From the NCBI GenBank assembly GCA_965153455.1, contig OZ234493.1, positions 32,106,213-32,170,212 on the forward strand: a DNA stretch of 64,000 bases. The letters are read 5' to 3'. Below are positions 12,491-25,684 of the stretch, one piece after another (position 1 is the stretch's first letter; every line of letters begins with the position of its first letter). The notes below the pieces were generated by a model, which was not told the origin of the DNA, made no database searches, and saw only the letters and a program-made list of their open reading frames with translations. This DNA comes from Sphagnum compactum (taxonomy: Eukaryota). Both the position numbers and the translations under genes were made by a program.

Positions 12491-14818
12491 CTCAAACAAA
12501 GCACACGGACGGAAGCTGAACAAGCTTTGAATTCCTACGGAGCACGGATCGCGCTTGCATTTCTATCGCTTGCTGTTTCGGAACTGCAATTCTTCCGTCG
12601 AACTACCTGTGGGGCATCCGCACAGAGATGATCAACTTTCATACAAGATGGAGAATCCGGAAGAGCGCCCCTGGTTATCGAACCGCGAAAGGAAGGAGGG
12701 TGTTCCGATTGTCGATGCAGATCCAGAAGAGCGGCCTCAGATCTGCAGAAATAATATGTACGCAATCTATTGTGCGCAATGCATACTCTTCTACCAAGAA
12801 AAAGTCTTCTTCTTCTTCTTCTTCTTCTTCTTCTTCTGCTTCCCCTAGGTTCCGCTGTTTGCAGCAGTGTTTCCAAAGCTACTGTTTCCAGTGGAATAAA
12901 TGTGAGATTGAACCCTGAGCTGCTCATCACATTCTCAGAGAGACTTTTACAGCAGAGTTGTGATGAAGGCAAAGTTATTAGGGATGTAGAAATGTGTCTC
13001 TGATGGTCAAAAGCAGCAGAGATTCCACTGTTTTGGGTGGCAGAAGAACTCAAGATGGATGCCAAAGATGATTGAGATGTGTTTCTGATCGTGGTCTTGC
13101 AGTTTATTGCTTGATTATAAGAGAGCAGATGTTCTCAGATTTTTTTTATGCCAGAAAACTCAAGCTTTTGCTTTGCTTTTCTTTCATTGAAGAAAAGTGA
13201 GGGAGCCTCAGGAAGCACTGATGTCCAGAAGAGTTATTATGTCATGAAGATTGATGGGAAAACGTGAATGATTTTTCCATTGCAGATGTCCTACTTGGGT
13301 CTTGCAGATTGATTGCGGTGAATGTGGAACACCCACCACCTGCATCTGCCTCACATGGTTGCTCTCCACCATTCTTTGAATTTGTGGACTGGACAGTAGC
13401 GGGATGAGATGGTGGACATACCCCAGTCGTGGCAAAGCATGCACCAGGGAGTGATGCTCTTGATTGAGAACCACTGAGGGCTGGAGGTGTTGGATATCTG
13501 AGCAAATCCAGCAATGCATAGTCTCAATCAATGGTCCACCCATCATTTCCACCACCATTACCGTCAGTGTCACCACTGCAACAAAAGCAATCAAGTCTGC
13601 AACTTTGCTTCAAATGTATGCTGCAATGGAGGATCAGTTTTTTTTGTAACCATGGCAATCAGTCAAACCTGCATAACTCTGCTGCAGCAGATGCAGCAAT
13701 TGGATTATTAGTTTTTTCAATAACCCAAGGCCAGCGGCAGCAGAAGGTCACCTTTTTCTTCCTACTATTGACAAAGTGCACCTCCTACAGAAGCTTCAGG
13801 TATGTTGTATATTCAAGCTCCCATGTTTTCAAAGAGATATGGATATGAAAACAACTGACTTGTAGAACAACAAAAAGTCTGATTATATACATACTAATAC
13901 ATATGAAGTTCAACAGCCAAAGGATTGTTCTTGAGCAAGTAAAGAAGCAGTACAGAACCCACTCTGCGTGCATGTACCCACCTATTAACTTGACTAGCAA
14001 TTGCATGTTCATAGGAAACTGGTGATACAACTCAAATTTGGTAGGTACCCTTGGAAGGCAGGCTACTTGAGCACTAAGGAATCTCCAGAAAAAAAAAGTT
14101 GAGAAGGTAGCATTACAATGCAGCTTATTTGCAAATATTTACCAGAGAATTAGTGATGGAGTGATCCACATGGGAAATTAACCCTCAACAATGTTAGTTA
14201 CCAATACCCAAATGAAATATTGTAGAAATTGTAGTTTCACTCTAATCATTTTCCTTGTTATACACTATGAACAAGCCAAGTTGATTCAGGTATGCGCTCC
14301 TCATATAAGTAGCTTAGACATTACAGTTTCTGATTGTTCTGCTATAGTTCTCAGCATGAGCTGTGCTCTAATGGATGACCAGCATCAACCACCTATTGTT
14401 AAGCTCTGGTCCTCAGCATGATCACTCTAGTGGGTGACCAAAGTGGAACTTATTTCTGCCTTAGAATTCCCTCATTCTTCTAGTATATAGATAGGATACC
14501 TTGCTGTACAATTTCTATTATTTCTTTGGTACTCAGAATGTTTAGAGGTAGATCACTAAGCTGCTCGTAACAAAACATGAAGTGGGCAGCTACAAAAAGA
14601 GGAGAAAACTAATAACATCAGCTGATACTATTGCCTCATTTAACAAATCCCTGGTCTAAAAGTCCACACCTATGCACTAACCTATGTCATCGAATGTGTT
14701 GTGGAAAGTGTTGCAAGGACAGAAACCTGAGCAGCAGTATATATGGACTGAGATCTGATCACAGTAGATACTTTCAGCAGCAAAAGAATTCATACTTTTA
14801 ATGGGGGAAGACAAGCTT

Positions 14819-17800
14819 TTAGTCTCGACTGGGTGGGCTGTGCAAAGCATTACTGTTTTCAAGTTTGCCCGCATAACTCCACATGTGGGTGGTTGTTATT
14901 GCATCTGGAGGGATTTTCGACAAATCTTCTGGTTCTTTTTGTTGCTTCACCTCTGCCTTGAGCTTCTGAGCAGATAGCAAATCCACCAAGACTTGGGTAA
15001 GCTGTGGTTCTTGTATGAAGATTGTCCCTTCTGGATTGACATGTGGTGACTTCTTTGGTATCAGGTTTGAGTTTGGAGAAGGTGATGTACTTGGAGACAC
15101 AAAAGGGGTAATGGTATGAGTAGGAGTAGCAACAGCTGGTAATTGCAGAGTCTTATAAGTCCCATTTTTGGTCCTCTTTGGGTGGCAGGTTGCAGCTTTT
15201 TTTGCTGATGGCTGATGAACAACTGGTGGAAGAGTTGACGTCCTGACAAGGTCATCAGCATATATAACATCATCAATGCGGGAAATGATGGTTGATGCCA
15301 AGCTTTCCAACACACGTGAGTAGCTCTCCAGTATTGATTGCCCTACGTCCTGCAGTCAATTGCAGAAAAACCTTGTTCAGTGATTGGACTCCCTCTACCC
15401 TACCATAGAGGTCACAATGCATATGGAAAACACCACATTAAACATGCATCAGAAGAACTTCCTTCACCAGGACCCCACTAACTGTATCTTCAGGGTGAAC
15501 TACAGAAGCACAGATGGATATATATACAACATGATATGGCCAGCTACCACACTATGTAAAATGTCAATTGGACAAGGAAGTCAGATGTGTCAGCAGATGG
15601 CATACTTTGAGTACATCCATCTTTTCTGAAGAAATGAAAAGCAAATTCATACTTGGCCAATCAAGTATTCAGGGGTCAGACAGAGCAAGCCATTTGTACT
15701 GGAGGGACTCCTGGTTCAATGCCACTTTACCTTGTTGTATTGTATCTTGTTCACATCTAAAGCAGTCTGTGTCAAGCCTGGGAACCGCTGTTTCAAGCAG
15801 CGGAGCAAACTCTCTGCTCTATTAGCAATCTGCTCCTGCTTGTTCTCATCTGCAATGGAGTCTTTCATCATGACCCAAGAGGATTTGGACGCCAGATTTG
15901 ACTGCTTTGTCCGAATCTTCCGTTGCCATACATGGATTGCTGTCTCTAACCGATCTGCTATTTCCAATTTACTGTGTTCGCTGGAGAGATCTAATGTAGA
16001 CAGGAGCTCTGTGGCTGAGAAATTCTCCATTGATAGTCCTCTGTATAGAGCATCCCCAAGGCTTACCTTTGCACTCTGTGTACAAGATACACAGTAAAAA
16101 AAATCAGCCAATTTATCCACTGCATTGTAAGTAGTTTCAAAATGCTGGTTAAAGAACCATGATGTCTCCGACTTCTAACTATCCACTGTCTATGAAGTCA
16201 CAACTGCAACTGCAAATCAAGGGAAAATACTCAGCACAAGTAATGTGTGAGAACCTTGTCTGTATACATACAGAGTTGAAAATGGATCAGAAGAAAGCCT
16301 ACTTTTGGAAGGGAGTCCCAGTAGACTTGAGGGACCTCCATCTCAGACAAGACCTGCTCATTGATGGACATGGCTGCTTTAAGTATTTGGCTCATGCACT
16401 CCCGTTGATGTTGCAACCATCTTCTTGTCTTGTCAGACAATCCATTGACTGGTACTTTCGGAGTTGGCAGCCACCACTTCTCTTCTTGTCGTCTAAAAGA
16501 GAGCTTTGGACCACCCAGGTTATCTTTCTCAGCTATTACAATGCCCCGATCCACATACCAGAACTCCGTCATGCAGTAGTCATCCAGTGAATCCTGTAGC
16601 AAAATACACTCTCAAACCAAATCACAAAAAAATGACAAGCAATTCCCACACCCAAAATTCTTATTGGGTAAGTCCTAGATCCCAACTTGCAACCAGGATC
16701 TTGGTAGGGACCTAAGGTAATACCAGCTTTGTACCAGGGCTCTCCCAGTCTCAATACCAGGTATATAATTGCCTCATACCAGCCAAAAGTCAGCCTTGGA
16801 CCCTGATAACAGGTCTAAGATCCAGTAGGTATACCAGTGCCAGCTGGTATGTTTGATACCCGCCCACCACCGAAAATTACACTTGCTACTCCATTTCCAA
16901 CAAAGCTGCAAAAGTTGTAGAATTGAGTTGTAACATTACCAATAGCATGGTATCCAATGTGCGCAAAGCTGGAAGATTTATGTGAAGATCTGAGCGGGGC
17001 TGGCTCACCATCACCTACATCAAAATCATTGATGGTGCTCATAAGATCAAAACAATGCTCCAGTGGGCAACACAGGAGGAGCTGGGAGGGGTGGCAGAGA
17101 GCCCTGCATGTACTTACTACCAATAGCAGGACCTGGTACAATATTGAGATGTGTCAGTAGGTCCTTACTTCCAAGGTTGTACCATCAGGGAAAGTTTGCC
17201 ATGAAGGGACAAACTCAACAATGTAGTCACTGACTGAAAGAAGCCACTCCATTTCCATCCTCCATCTCATTTTCCAATCATCAGCAAGTGGTTCTAACCT
17301 CCAGAGTTCACGGAAAAGGGAAGCTGCCGGCACCACAACAACAAAAAAATAACTTTCTGAAACAACAACAATATATATAATAGACTGATCAGATGGATTT
17401 AATAGTGCCTGATCAACACAACCTGATCAGGTTATTTGCAGACATATGTTAGTGGTAATGACTGGGCCAGCTGGGGGTCAAATGCAAGTGCTGCACTCCA
17501 TTCATCAAGAGGTCAAACAGGAAAATGCACTGCACATAAATCCAAGGGAATCTGCAGTTGCCACCAGTTACTCAAAACTGAGTAAATTCTGACCTATAAC
17601 ATCACATCCACTTGACGACATTTGCATCTAAGCATTCTACATGCAACTGATGGGGGGGGGTAGGCACAGTAGTCTGATGAGTACAACGGGGCAGTGGTAC
17701 AGATTAGCATAAATCAAATAGAGATGCCAATAGAAAGACATAGAACCTGAGAGATTTGTAATGGCATTAGAGATGGCTAAGGCTGTACAGACTCCTTTAG

Positions 17801-18561
17801 CACCACCAGACATGTCATCCCCAAGCAGCAGCTTTGCAAACCTTTCCTTCATCAACTCTACCTCTGCAGTAACAACAGTTGACAAAAAAAGACTTTACAG
17901 CACTCTTCTTCAGTTCAGGTAATTGCAACAAAAGATTTGTAGATCTTCTTTCTCATCACCTCTCTTGCCTGCTGAGGTGCAGCTGTTTCATATCTCATGC
18001 TTGCTCCAGACTAACATGAGCAGCAGCCAGTGAGCTGTGGCAACACAGGACTTACCATGGTCCAACAATCTAGTTTAAAAGGGAAAATGCATTACAGCAA
18101 CAAACATGACCTTAAAAAAATTCCACCACCCTCCTGAACAAGGCTCTTTTCTACTCGGCACCCATGAACCGAAATCCCTGAAAGTTCCTACCTGAAAGTT
18201 CTGTTTGCCTTTTCTCCCGCTTCTCCTCCCACATGAATGGATGATCCCTGTTGAGTTCCAGCCGCAATGATGGAGAAGGCTCTCCACCCATGATGGGTTG
18301 ATCATTGATTCTCCCAGTAGCAGGGTGCCAATCACCCAAAGGCAATGATGAGCCAGTTGAACTAGTGGCCACACACACAATATCCTCCCATTGTGTGATA
18401 TTGTGCCTGAAGCTTATCTCACCATCTCCCAGCAGCATTTGCTCTGAGGCCAACCTGTTGACACTTACTGTGCTTGACCCATCTGTGCAGCTTGGCTGCT
18501 TGTATCGATAAGCAGCTGAAATTGGCAGGTTTCTGTGTAACTCGGATCTCATGCGACCCAT
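14819..18561 (-). CDS. ROPGEF: Rop guanine nucleotide exchange factor (PRONE domain), 7 coding exons
   Basis: Exons 18561-18192, 17863-17747, 17323-17169, 17014-16940, 16593-16303, 16075-15731, 15349-14819 are in phase. PRONE motifs: [112 protein letters not shown]-terminus is SPPSRD. The start codon is less certain. Confidence 0.95.
16690..16870. repeat. Intronic dispersed repeat (ataccag-rich), shared with cornichon intron 3
   Basis: ggtatata...cctcataccagccaaaagtcagc (~16760-16794) matches ggtatata...cctcataccagccaaaaatcagc (~47677-47716). Confidence 0.65.
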
Positions 18562-19529
18562 AAAATCTGCTCAACAACAACAACAACAAAAGCACAACCA
18601 CCAGAGCAAGCTTCACTTCTCCACATCACCCTCAGTTGCCAACAAAATGTTTGCAAAAAATTTACAAGGAACAGCATTAGCACGCAGTGGGTAACCTCTT
18701 ATTCGTCTTCTTCACTGAAACTACAATTTGTGCAACTTGATAGAAAACTCAAACCTAGATTCACATGGTCTGTGACCTACATTGTTCTCCAAAGTTCCAG
18801 AAAGCGTCCTGAGTTCAACCTAGTTCATGATGCCATGAAAGAATGTGAAAGAATCTGAAAGAATGTTTCTAAGACCATGATGACCTAAACTTGCATTTTT
18901 TTTCTCTCTCCACGCCCTCTGGCTCATCCTGCACAAATCTACTACCAGGTCGGGCCACATTGACCAAATTCTTGCCCACCAAACCCAGAGAAAACAGAGC
19001 TCTAACTGGCAGTCTTCCCCCCTGGACCTTATCTCAACCCACTTCACTAGCAACTTGCTTTCCAACAATTGCAAAAGATATAAACATCTGCATGACCCTC
19101 AATCCCTAAACACCACATTTCCAAGGGACTTGCATTTCTCCCACAACAGGAGCAGCTTGATCAAGAGTTTTTTTTTTTTTGTTTTTGTTCCCATTACCTT
19201 TAGACCCCATACTCAGCACCGCCACTGTCACCTACATGCTTGAATGATCACCAGCAGGCAGTTAATTTGTTCTGGTCCTCCTTGACCACGTCCTTGAGCT
19301 TGCTAGCTAGCACTTTCTTCTTCTTCTCGTTGATGATAGGGCAATTACCATCACCAACTCTTGAGCACCAAAGTTTCACTACATCAAAACCCAACAACAA
19401 ACAAAACCCACACTCTGATAGCACAGGCATATGCTGCCATGCCAAAACCTCCAACAACAGGAGATGGGGGAAACAAAAAACTGCATGTGGTACAATTCTA
19501 GATCAGTAAGTAGTAGTCTAATTATAGAG

Positions 19530-20230
19530 CCATCATCAACAGCAACAGAGGTACAAATCAAACAAGCAACAAACATTTACAGCTTGCTCGGTTTTTGTTA
19601 ACAAAGCAAACTAAAACCGAGCAACAAAGAAACAGCAATTGCTAGTAGAAAGAGCTGAGCTGCTACTGAACTACAAGCAAAACAGCAAACAATGCCGGTG
19701 CTGGGTTGTTGTTGGTAGTACTGAACACAACAAGAAGCAAATTATTAATCCACAAAAAAAACAAACAAGTGAGCTGCTAGTATTGTTGGTGAGCACCAAG
19801 CAAATCAAGAAGCAACTCCACCCCTTCCCTCAAAACAAAACAAAAAAAATACTAAACAAAAACAAAAACATTTGCTCATAGTTTTCAACAACAACAAGCA
19901 AATCCACAACAACAATGACAAGTGCTACTAAATAAGTAATGCTGATGAAAACAAGCAAATCAACAAGCAACAAAAACAACAACAACAAAAGCAGCAGCAA
20001 CAAAAATGCAGCTCATGGCATTGAACAACAAACAAACAACAAATCCACAAGAAAGAAAAACAACAACAACAACAAAAGCAGCTGCTTCTGCTATTGAAAA
20101 ACAACAACAAAATCAAATCCACAAGCAACAAAAGAAACAGCAGAAACAACAACAAGAACAAGAAGCAAATCAACAAGCAACAGAACGTACATTCAAGCAA
20201 GCAAATCAACAAGAGACAAAGAGCAATAGC
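19530..20230. repeat. Low-complexity (CAA/CAG/AAAC)-rich tract, UUG-rich on the RopGEF sense strand (5' leader or leader intron)
   Basis: Dense imperfect caa/aac/agc repeats. The overlapping Q-rich and C/L/F-rich ORFs follow from this composition. Confidence 0.8.
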
Positions 20231-20318
20231 AAGGGGGGGAGAGAGTTTTGGGGGGGAGTTTTTTGGGGATGAGAATGAGGAACTGGGGGTATAGAAAGTG
20301 GGGGTGGGGAAGCATGGC

Positions 20319-20328
20319 TATATATATA
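20319..20328 (-). promoter_or_regulatory. Probable RopGEF TATA box
   Basis: TATATATATA lies near the gene/intergenic boundary and is followed on the minus strand by a C/T-rich Y-patch-like stretch (20220-20310). Confidence 0.55.
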
Positions 20329-20689
20329 CTCTATAGGGGGATGTATTAGTGTAGACGGAAATTGGGGAGGAAGTAGAGAGAGTAGTACTAAACTAGTGTT
20401 TTTAGTACTTAGTTTTTGCATAGAAAGTATAACCCAAGTAATGGTCGTGGGAGTACGTGTGGAGTGGAGTTTCGTCTGTTCCTTTTATTTTTTGTTTTGC
20501 AGTAGTAGTAGTAGTAGTAGTCAGCACTCAGCACAGCCTTTTTCTTTTTCTTTTTCTTTTGCTTTTTTAAAATATATGTATGTATTGCCAAAAAGATAAA
20601 AATCAAATTTTGAAAGTGAAAAAAATAAAAAATTCAAGTGTAATTTTTGAGATTTTCATTTAGCCATAATTCAAACCCAAAAAAATTTT

Positions 20690-21030
20690 AAGAAAATTTC
20701 CACGCTTTTATATATCATGGTTTCAATTAGGTAGCCAAAAACATATATACATAGAAAATTTTAAACAAAATTTTCCATGTTTTTGTATATCATGGTGTCA
20801 ATTAGGTAGCCAAAATAATATATATATAGAAAATTTTAAACAAAATTTTCCATGGTTTTATATATCATGGTTTCAATTAGGTAGCCAAAAAACATATATA
20901 TATATAGAAAATCTTAAACAAAATTTCTAAATATATGGTTTTCTTTCACATGTGGTTTCAATTAGGAAGCCCCAAAAATATACAGAGAAAAAATTTAAAA
21001 GAAAATTTCCATGTTTTCATATATGGGTTT
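20690..21030. repeat. Tandem array of ~75-85 bp, 4 copies, upstream of RopGEF
   Basis: tggt(t/g)tcaattagg(t/a)agcc core at ~20718, 20793, 20868 and 20953, each followed by an atatagaaaattttaaacaaaattt-like segment. Confidence 0.85.
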
Positions 21031-21407
21031 GAAAATTTTAGAAAATTGAGTGTCCCTTCCTGCTGAAATTTTTTTTAAACTATTAAATTTTATTTTATTT
21101 TACACACTTTAAAATTTCATACGATTCAAGAAATTGTTACAAGATAGTTAGTTTTAGGGTTTTAGTATGTATATTATTGCTTGTTACTTTAAGCGATTTT
21201 CAGGCCATTGTCAAATATATTTTTTAATTTAAATAATTTTTGCCGCAAGAAATTCCACCCCAAAAAATTAAAAAAATTGTGCCAAAAAACTTGATTTTTC
21301 AAAAAAATAAAATAATTATTCAACAATGAGACGTTGAACATAATGTCACTCGAACAACATAAGACATATGAGAGAGAAAGAGAGAGTGTGTTTAGTACTC
21401 GGCTAAA

Positions 21408-21655
21408 TTATAACCCCACCACCTAGCCATAATTGGCACTAAATTATTATTATTATTATTATTAGGGAAAATTTTAATAATTGGGAATTTTGAGAAATTA
21501 TTATTAAGGAGGTGCATGTGTACTTTGAAGCCAAGTACTATGTTATAACCCCACCACCTAGCCACAATTGGCACTAAATTATTATTATTATTAGGGGAAA
21601 AATATATAAATTGGGAATTTTGAGAAATTATTATTAAGGAGGTGCATGTGTACTT
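21408..21655. repeat. Recent direct duplication with a ~135-bp period
   Basis: ttataaccccaccacctagcca.aattggcactaaattatt...ggaggtgcatgtgtactt occurs at 21408-21525 and 21543-21655. Confidence 0.9.
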
Positions 21656-22289
21656 AATAAGTAAAGATTTTAATTAATAAATTTTTTTTTAATTTGTCAA
21701 AATCTTATAAGGAAAGGAAAAACATATATTAAAATAATTCGTCGGCATCAATGAGTCGAACTTGTTACACTATACTTTGGTAGTTTATGTTTCGGGTGAT
21801 GTCATAGGAATACAAAAATGATCACATAGAACTTGTCTATGTACAAATTGCCTCCAACATAAAAAATTGTGTTCAGAGAGCTACATGTATATGTTGTAGT
21901 CCTACTTCAATCACTAACTACCAAACTTAATGTAACTGAATCGAACTAAAAAATTGTAACCTAAATGATTCACCAATTTGGATCTATTGATGCTAGATGC
22001 CATAAGAATTGGCGTGTTTCTTGAACTCCAGCTTGTGCAAAAATGACATTCAACTTCGGTAGCAAGCATAGAGTGCAACCTCAGACTTTTTTAATACACA
22101 CAAGCAAACAAAAACCTTCAAGCAAACATGCATTCAAGCTCATATAAAAATTAATGTTGCACATTGAGTTTCATTCAACATAATCACATCAAAGTATATT
22201 TTGCAACTCAGCAACTTTGCATCAACGTTGCAAAAATCAAACAAGCAATTGCACCACAAACCCAAATCCGCACAAATCATGTACATTCA

Positions 22290-22610
22290 ATTTTAGCTAG
22301 GGCAATCAATTGGATCCATGTTGAAACAATGGAAGCATAAACACATTCAATTTGACCTAAAACAATGGGAATAGAAACACATAATCAATTGGACCTTAAA
22401 ACAGTGGGAGCAAAACCATAGAATCAAATGTAACCTTGCTGAAACAACGGGAGCAAAATCACAACCATTTAGGAACCAACAACCAACATAGAATCAATTG
22501 GACCTTGTTGAAACAATGGGAGCAAAAACACAATCACTCAAGAATTAAAACCAAGACAAAATCAATTGGTCCCTTGCTAAAATAGTTGGACCAAAAACAA
22601 AATCGTTCAA
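22290..22610. repeat. Degenerate tandem repeats 3' of the hAT ORF (probable subterminal repeats)
   Basis: About 6 copies of an aatcaattggaccttgttgaaacaatgggagcaaaa-like unit. Confidence 0.7.
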
Positions 22611-22869
22611 AACTAACATAAACTTCATAAGACATTAACAACAAGGACTCATAGACTATGCAAATCAACATTAACACCATAAACCCCTATCTCTTAACAT
22701 TGACCTATATTGTGAAAGTCTGAAGATTTTAGGATGTTTCCCGTTTTTTATAAACCTTTTCTCTTCATTGATGCACTCTACCTTGAGGGGTTAAAGTAGT
22801 TGCATTGGGGGCTTGCTTTTTGCTCTTTTAGCATAGTTTGGCTTCCAAATTATTTTACATTGTTCAACA

Positions 22870-25347
22870 TCACAATTTGAAAGATGTCAATTTTTTAAAA
22901 AAATAAAAATCAACAATCAAAATCTTCATTTTTAAAAACCATGTGTCTTTAGAATTGAAGAATTCTTCAAATGATTTAGGCCCATTTGTGCATTCGAATC
23001 TAGGATCATCTGACCAATTTTTCATAATTAGGACCAATTTCTCCAGATTTTCAATCCCATGCCGACAACACTTCAAACCTATGACAACCCCTACCATATT
23101 GAAAATCCTTTTAATTTCGATTTAAAAACCAACAATTCCCATCACCTGCCATGCAAGATAAATGAGATTTGGAAATTGTTGCTCATGTTTTGCCCACCAA
23201 GTAAATGGACTCAAAGGATCTATTGGCACTACAATCTTCCTGAAAAGCGATAGTTTAGCTCTAATGAGCCCCATTGCAGCTTCTTTAGTAAAAGCCAAAG
23301 ATCCAAATACACCTAGTTCAACCATCGTAGATACAACAAATGTAACAATTGCTAAATTTGGCGTTAAGGCATGATAAACAATGAGAAAAAGTGGCATTAT
23401 AATCTCTTGATCATAGTCTATAATAACCTGCATGGCCAATTCAAGGCCAACATAATCCCTAATGAATTACAGGTTCTTGAAACACAGGTCAAACATAAGA
23501 ACCATCATATTATGAGCATGACAAGAGTAAAATGATGATGCAAAGGCCAAGAAAAGCTTTAACACACAAATAACTTTAACTTGCATCCAACACCCAAGAT
23601 ACAATAACCTAGAATCAAAATCACCAGCCTACACCAACAATCATAATAAGATAGTTCAATCATGTTTTTGGAAGAAAAAAAATTAAACCTTAGGCAAAAA
23701 AATCTGAAAGCAATCAAACCACGTACCTGCATAATTTCATTTGTGTTGGAATTGGTGTTGTACATCATAACACACATGCTTATGGTAGCAGAATTAACAT
23801 TAGACAATAACCAATACCCTTGGGATTGGTTCAAAACACATTGGATGACCACTAGTATTAGAATTTCTGACATTTTTTATGCCACAACCCATGTTTAGGG
23901 AGATGGTATTATGTTTTGCAAGGCAATGGTTTGCCATGAATGACATAAGTTTATGGCATGTTTGAACTCCCAAGTTTCCTTGAATGATATCACCTTGGAT
24001 TGACAAGAGTTTTTAATTTTTGAAGGCGAAAAGATGCATCTCTACAAGCTTTAGCCCACTCCTATTTGCCCTTCCCACTTTTTTTGGTCCAAGTAATTGT
24101 CTTCTGAAAAGAAGATTGAACATCTTTAATTGAAACCTCCTTCATGCCACCACACACTTTCAAATCATTAGTAGCATATAGACAGCATTTGGACATATCA
24201 TGCCCATAATAACTAGCATAATAGGGTTGTGGTGACAAGAAAAGAGCACATGATAAAATGTTTATTAAGGCCACTACAAAGGTGTCCAAATTACCGCCTT
24301 TGTTTTTGACATATGTTATGATTTTGTCCAACAAATTATATTGAACAAGCAGATCCTTTAGTTGAACAGCCATGGCAACCCTTGAGGTTTCATGAACCTC
24401 AAAAATTCCCACAATGACATTACAAGGTTCCCACTTTTTATTGATGTAATTCACCACTAAAGCAAATGTATCAAAACCTCATCAAGACATCCACAAATCA
24501 AATGTGGTTGTAATTGTAGTGGCATTAACAAAAATAGGAAGAACATGGTGTTCCATGGTTTTGTTGACCATGGACAGGATTATCTTATCATTGCATTGTC
24601 GTTTACTGGGAAAAGTAATTTGGCCACATTGACGAAGGACAAGCCTTCTTAGCCACACATTCTTAGTGGAATTCAACAATCAATAACTTTTAGTGACGTA
24701 CAAGATCAAATCCTCAAAAAACAATTCTTGAATAAGGTCTGAATTTTTGTATGGCATTCCAGAATTGAAGAAATCAGCAATGGAGGTTGTAGATGGTTTT
24801 TTCCGCTTCTTAGAAGTTTGATGAACAATTGTTATGGTAGTAGTAGCTCATCATGTGTTGTATTGCTTCAACACTATAGAATGCTCAGAAACCACATGTT
24901 GACTCATGGTGGTTGTGCCATGGTCTTTGTTGTACATAAATAATCCTTTTTTATTTTGGGTAAAAGTTTTTCCTACAACTTCTTATTGGATGTTACGACA
25001 CACCACACATTGCATTTGTTGAAACTTAAAACAATCTATAACAACAATATCGTCATTAACTTTAAAAATGCTCATATATTTGTTGTTATACTCCAAGTGG
25101 GCCAAAAAATTTGGTTGCACTCTAATTCCACAAACAACTCTTCATTATGTGCTTGCTCTTTAGCATGTAGAAGCTCTTTTTCATCCTCGCCAAGGTCTTT
25201 GTCAACAAGTTCACTGTAACCTGCTTCAAATTGGATCACATCGTCACCATTCCCAACCCTAACTTCACCACTGCAAACACTTGTGCAGTCAGCAACATGG
25301 AGAAGAGAACCTTGTGAAGCTTCTGTAACCCCATTCAAAAAAATCAT
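22870..25347 (-). mobile_element. Decayed hAT-superfamily transposase (BED finger, catalytic core, dimerisation domain)
   Basis: Colinear fragments broken by stops and frameshifts: KCNV...YNKDHGTTTMSQHVVSEH (BED-like), TTTFDLWMS, VNYINKKWEPCNVIVGIFEVHETS...LKDLL, QKTITWTKKSGKG, PFTWWAKHEQQFPNL..LA.QVMGI, LGIENLEKLV-like...KNW.DDP. Confidence 0.85.
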
Positions 25348-25684
25348 GTTCTAGATTCATTATCAATTGACCTTGAAAGTTAAACTAAATACATTGTATT
25401 ATGAAATCAAAACAAAAATGAACATATGAATCACCGACAACATTATTTACCACATTTGTAATGCAAACCTCAAATTATTGCTAATGATGCTCACAAAAAT
25501 GTTCAAGAAACATCACAAAACAAGTGCCAAACAAATCGCTAAATTTACAATGTTTAGAAAACATTGGTCATGCAAATCCAATGCTCACAAAATAACATAT
25601 AGATCATCAGCACCAAACTTTCCACCCTTGAAACAAATTTACCAATGCTTGCAAATGAAGCAGGTGTTAAATAGAACATCAAAT

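Noticed and set aside
11941-13065. Cluster of 70-190 aa ORFs rich in R/E, S/L, poly-P or poly-F
   Set aside because: They are translations of the C-run, (CT)n, the 60-bp duplication and (TTC)n repeats.
19928-20294. Gln-rich, Asn/Lys-rich and Cys/Leu-rich ORFs
   Set aside because: They arise from the (CAA)n-type low-complexity tract in the RopGEF leader and show no domain or splice structure.
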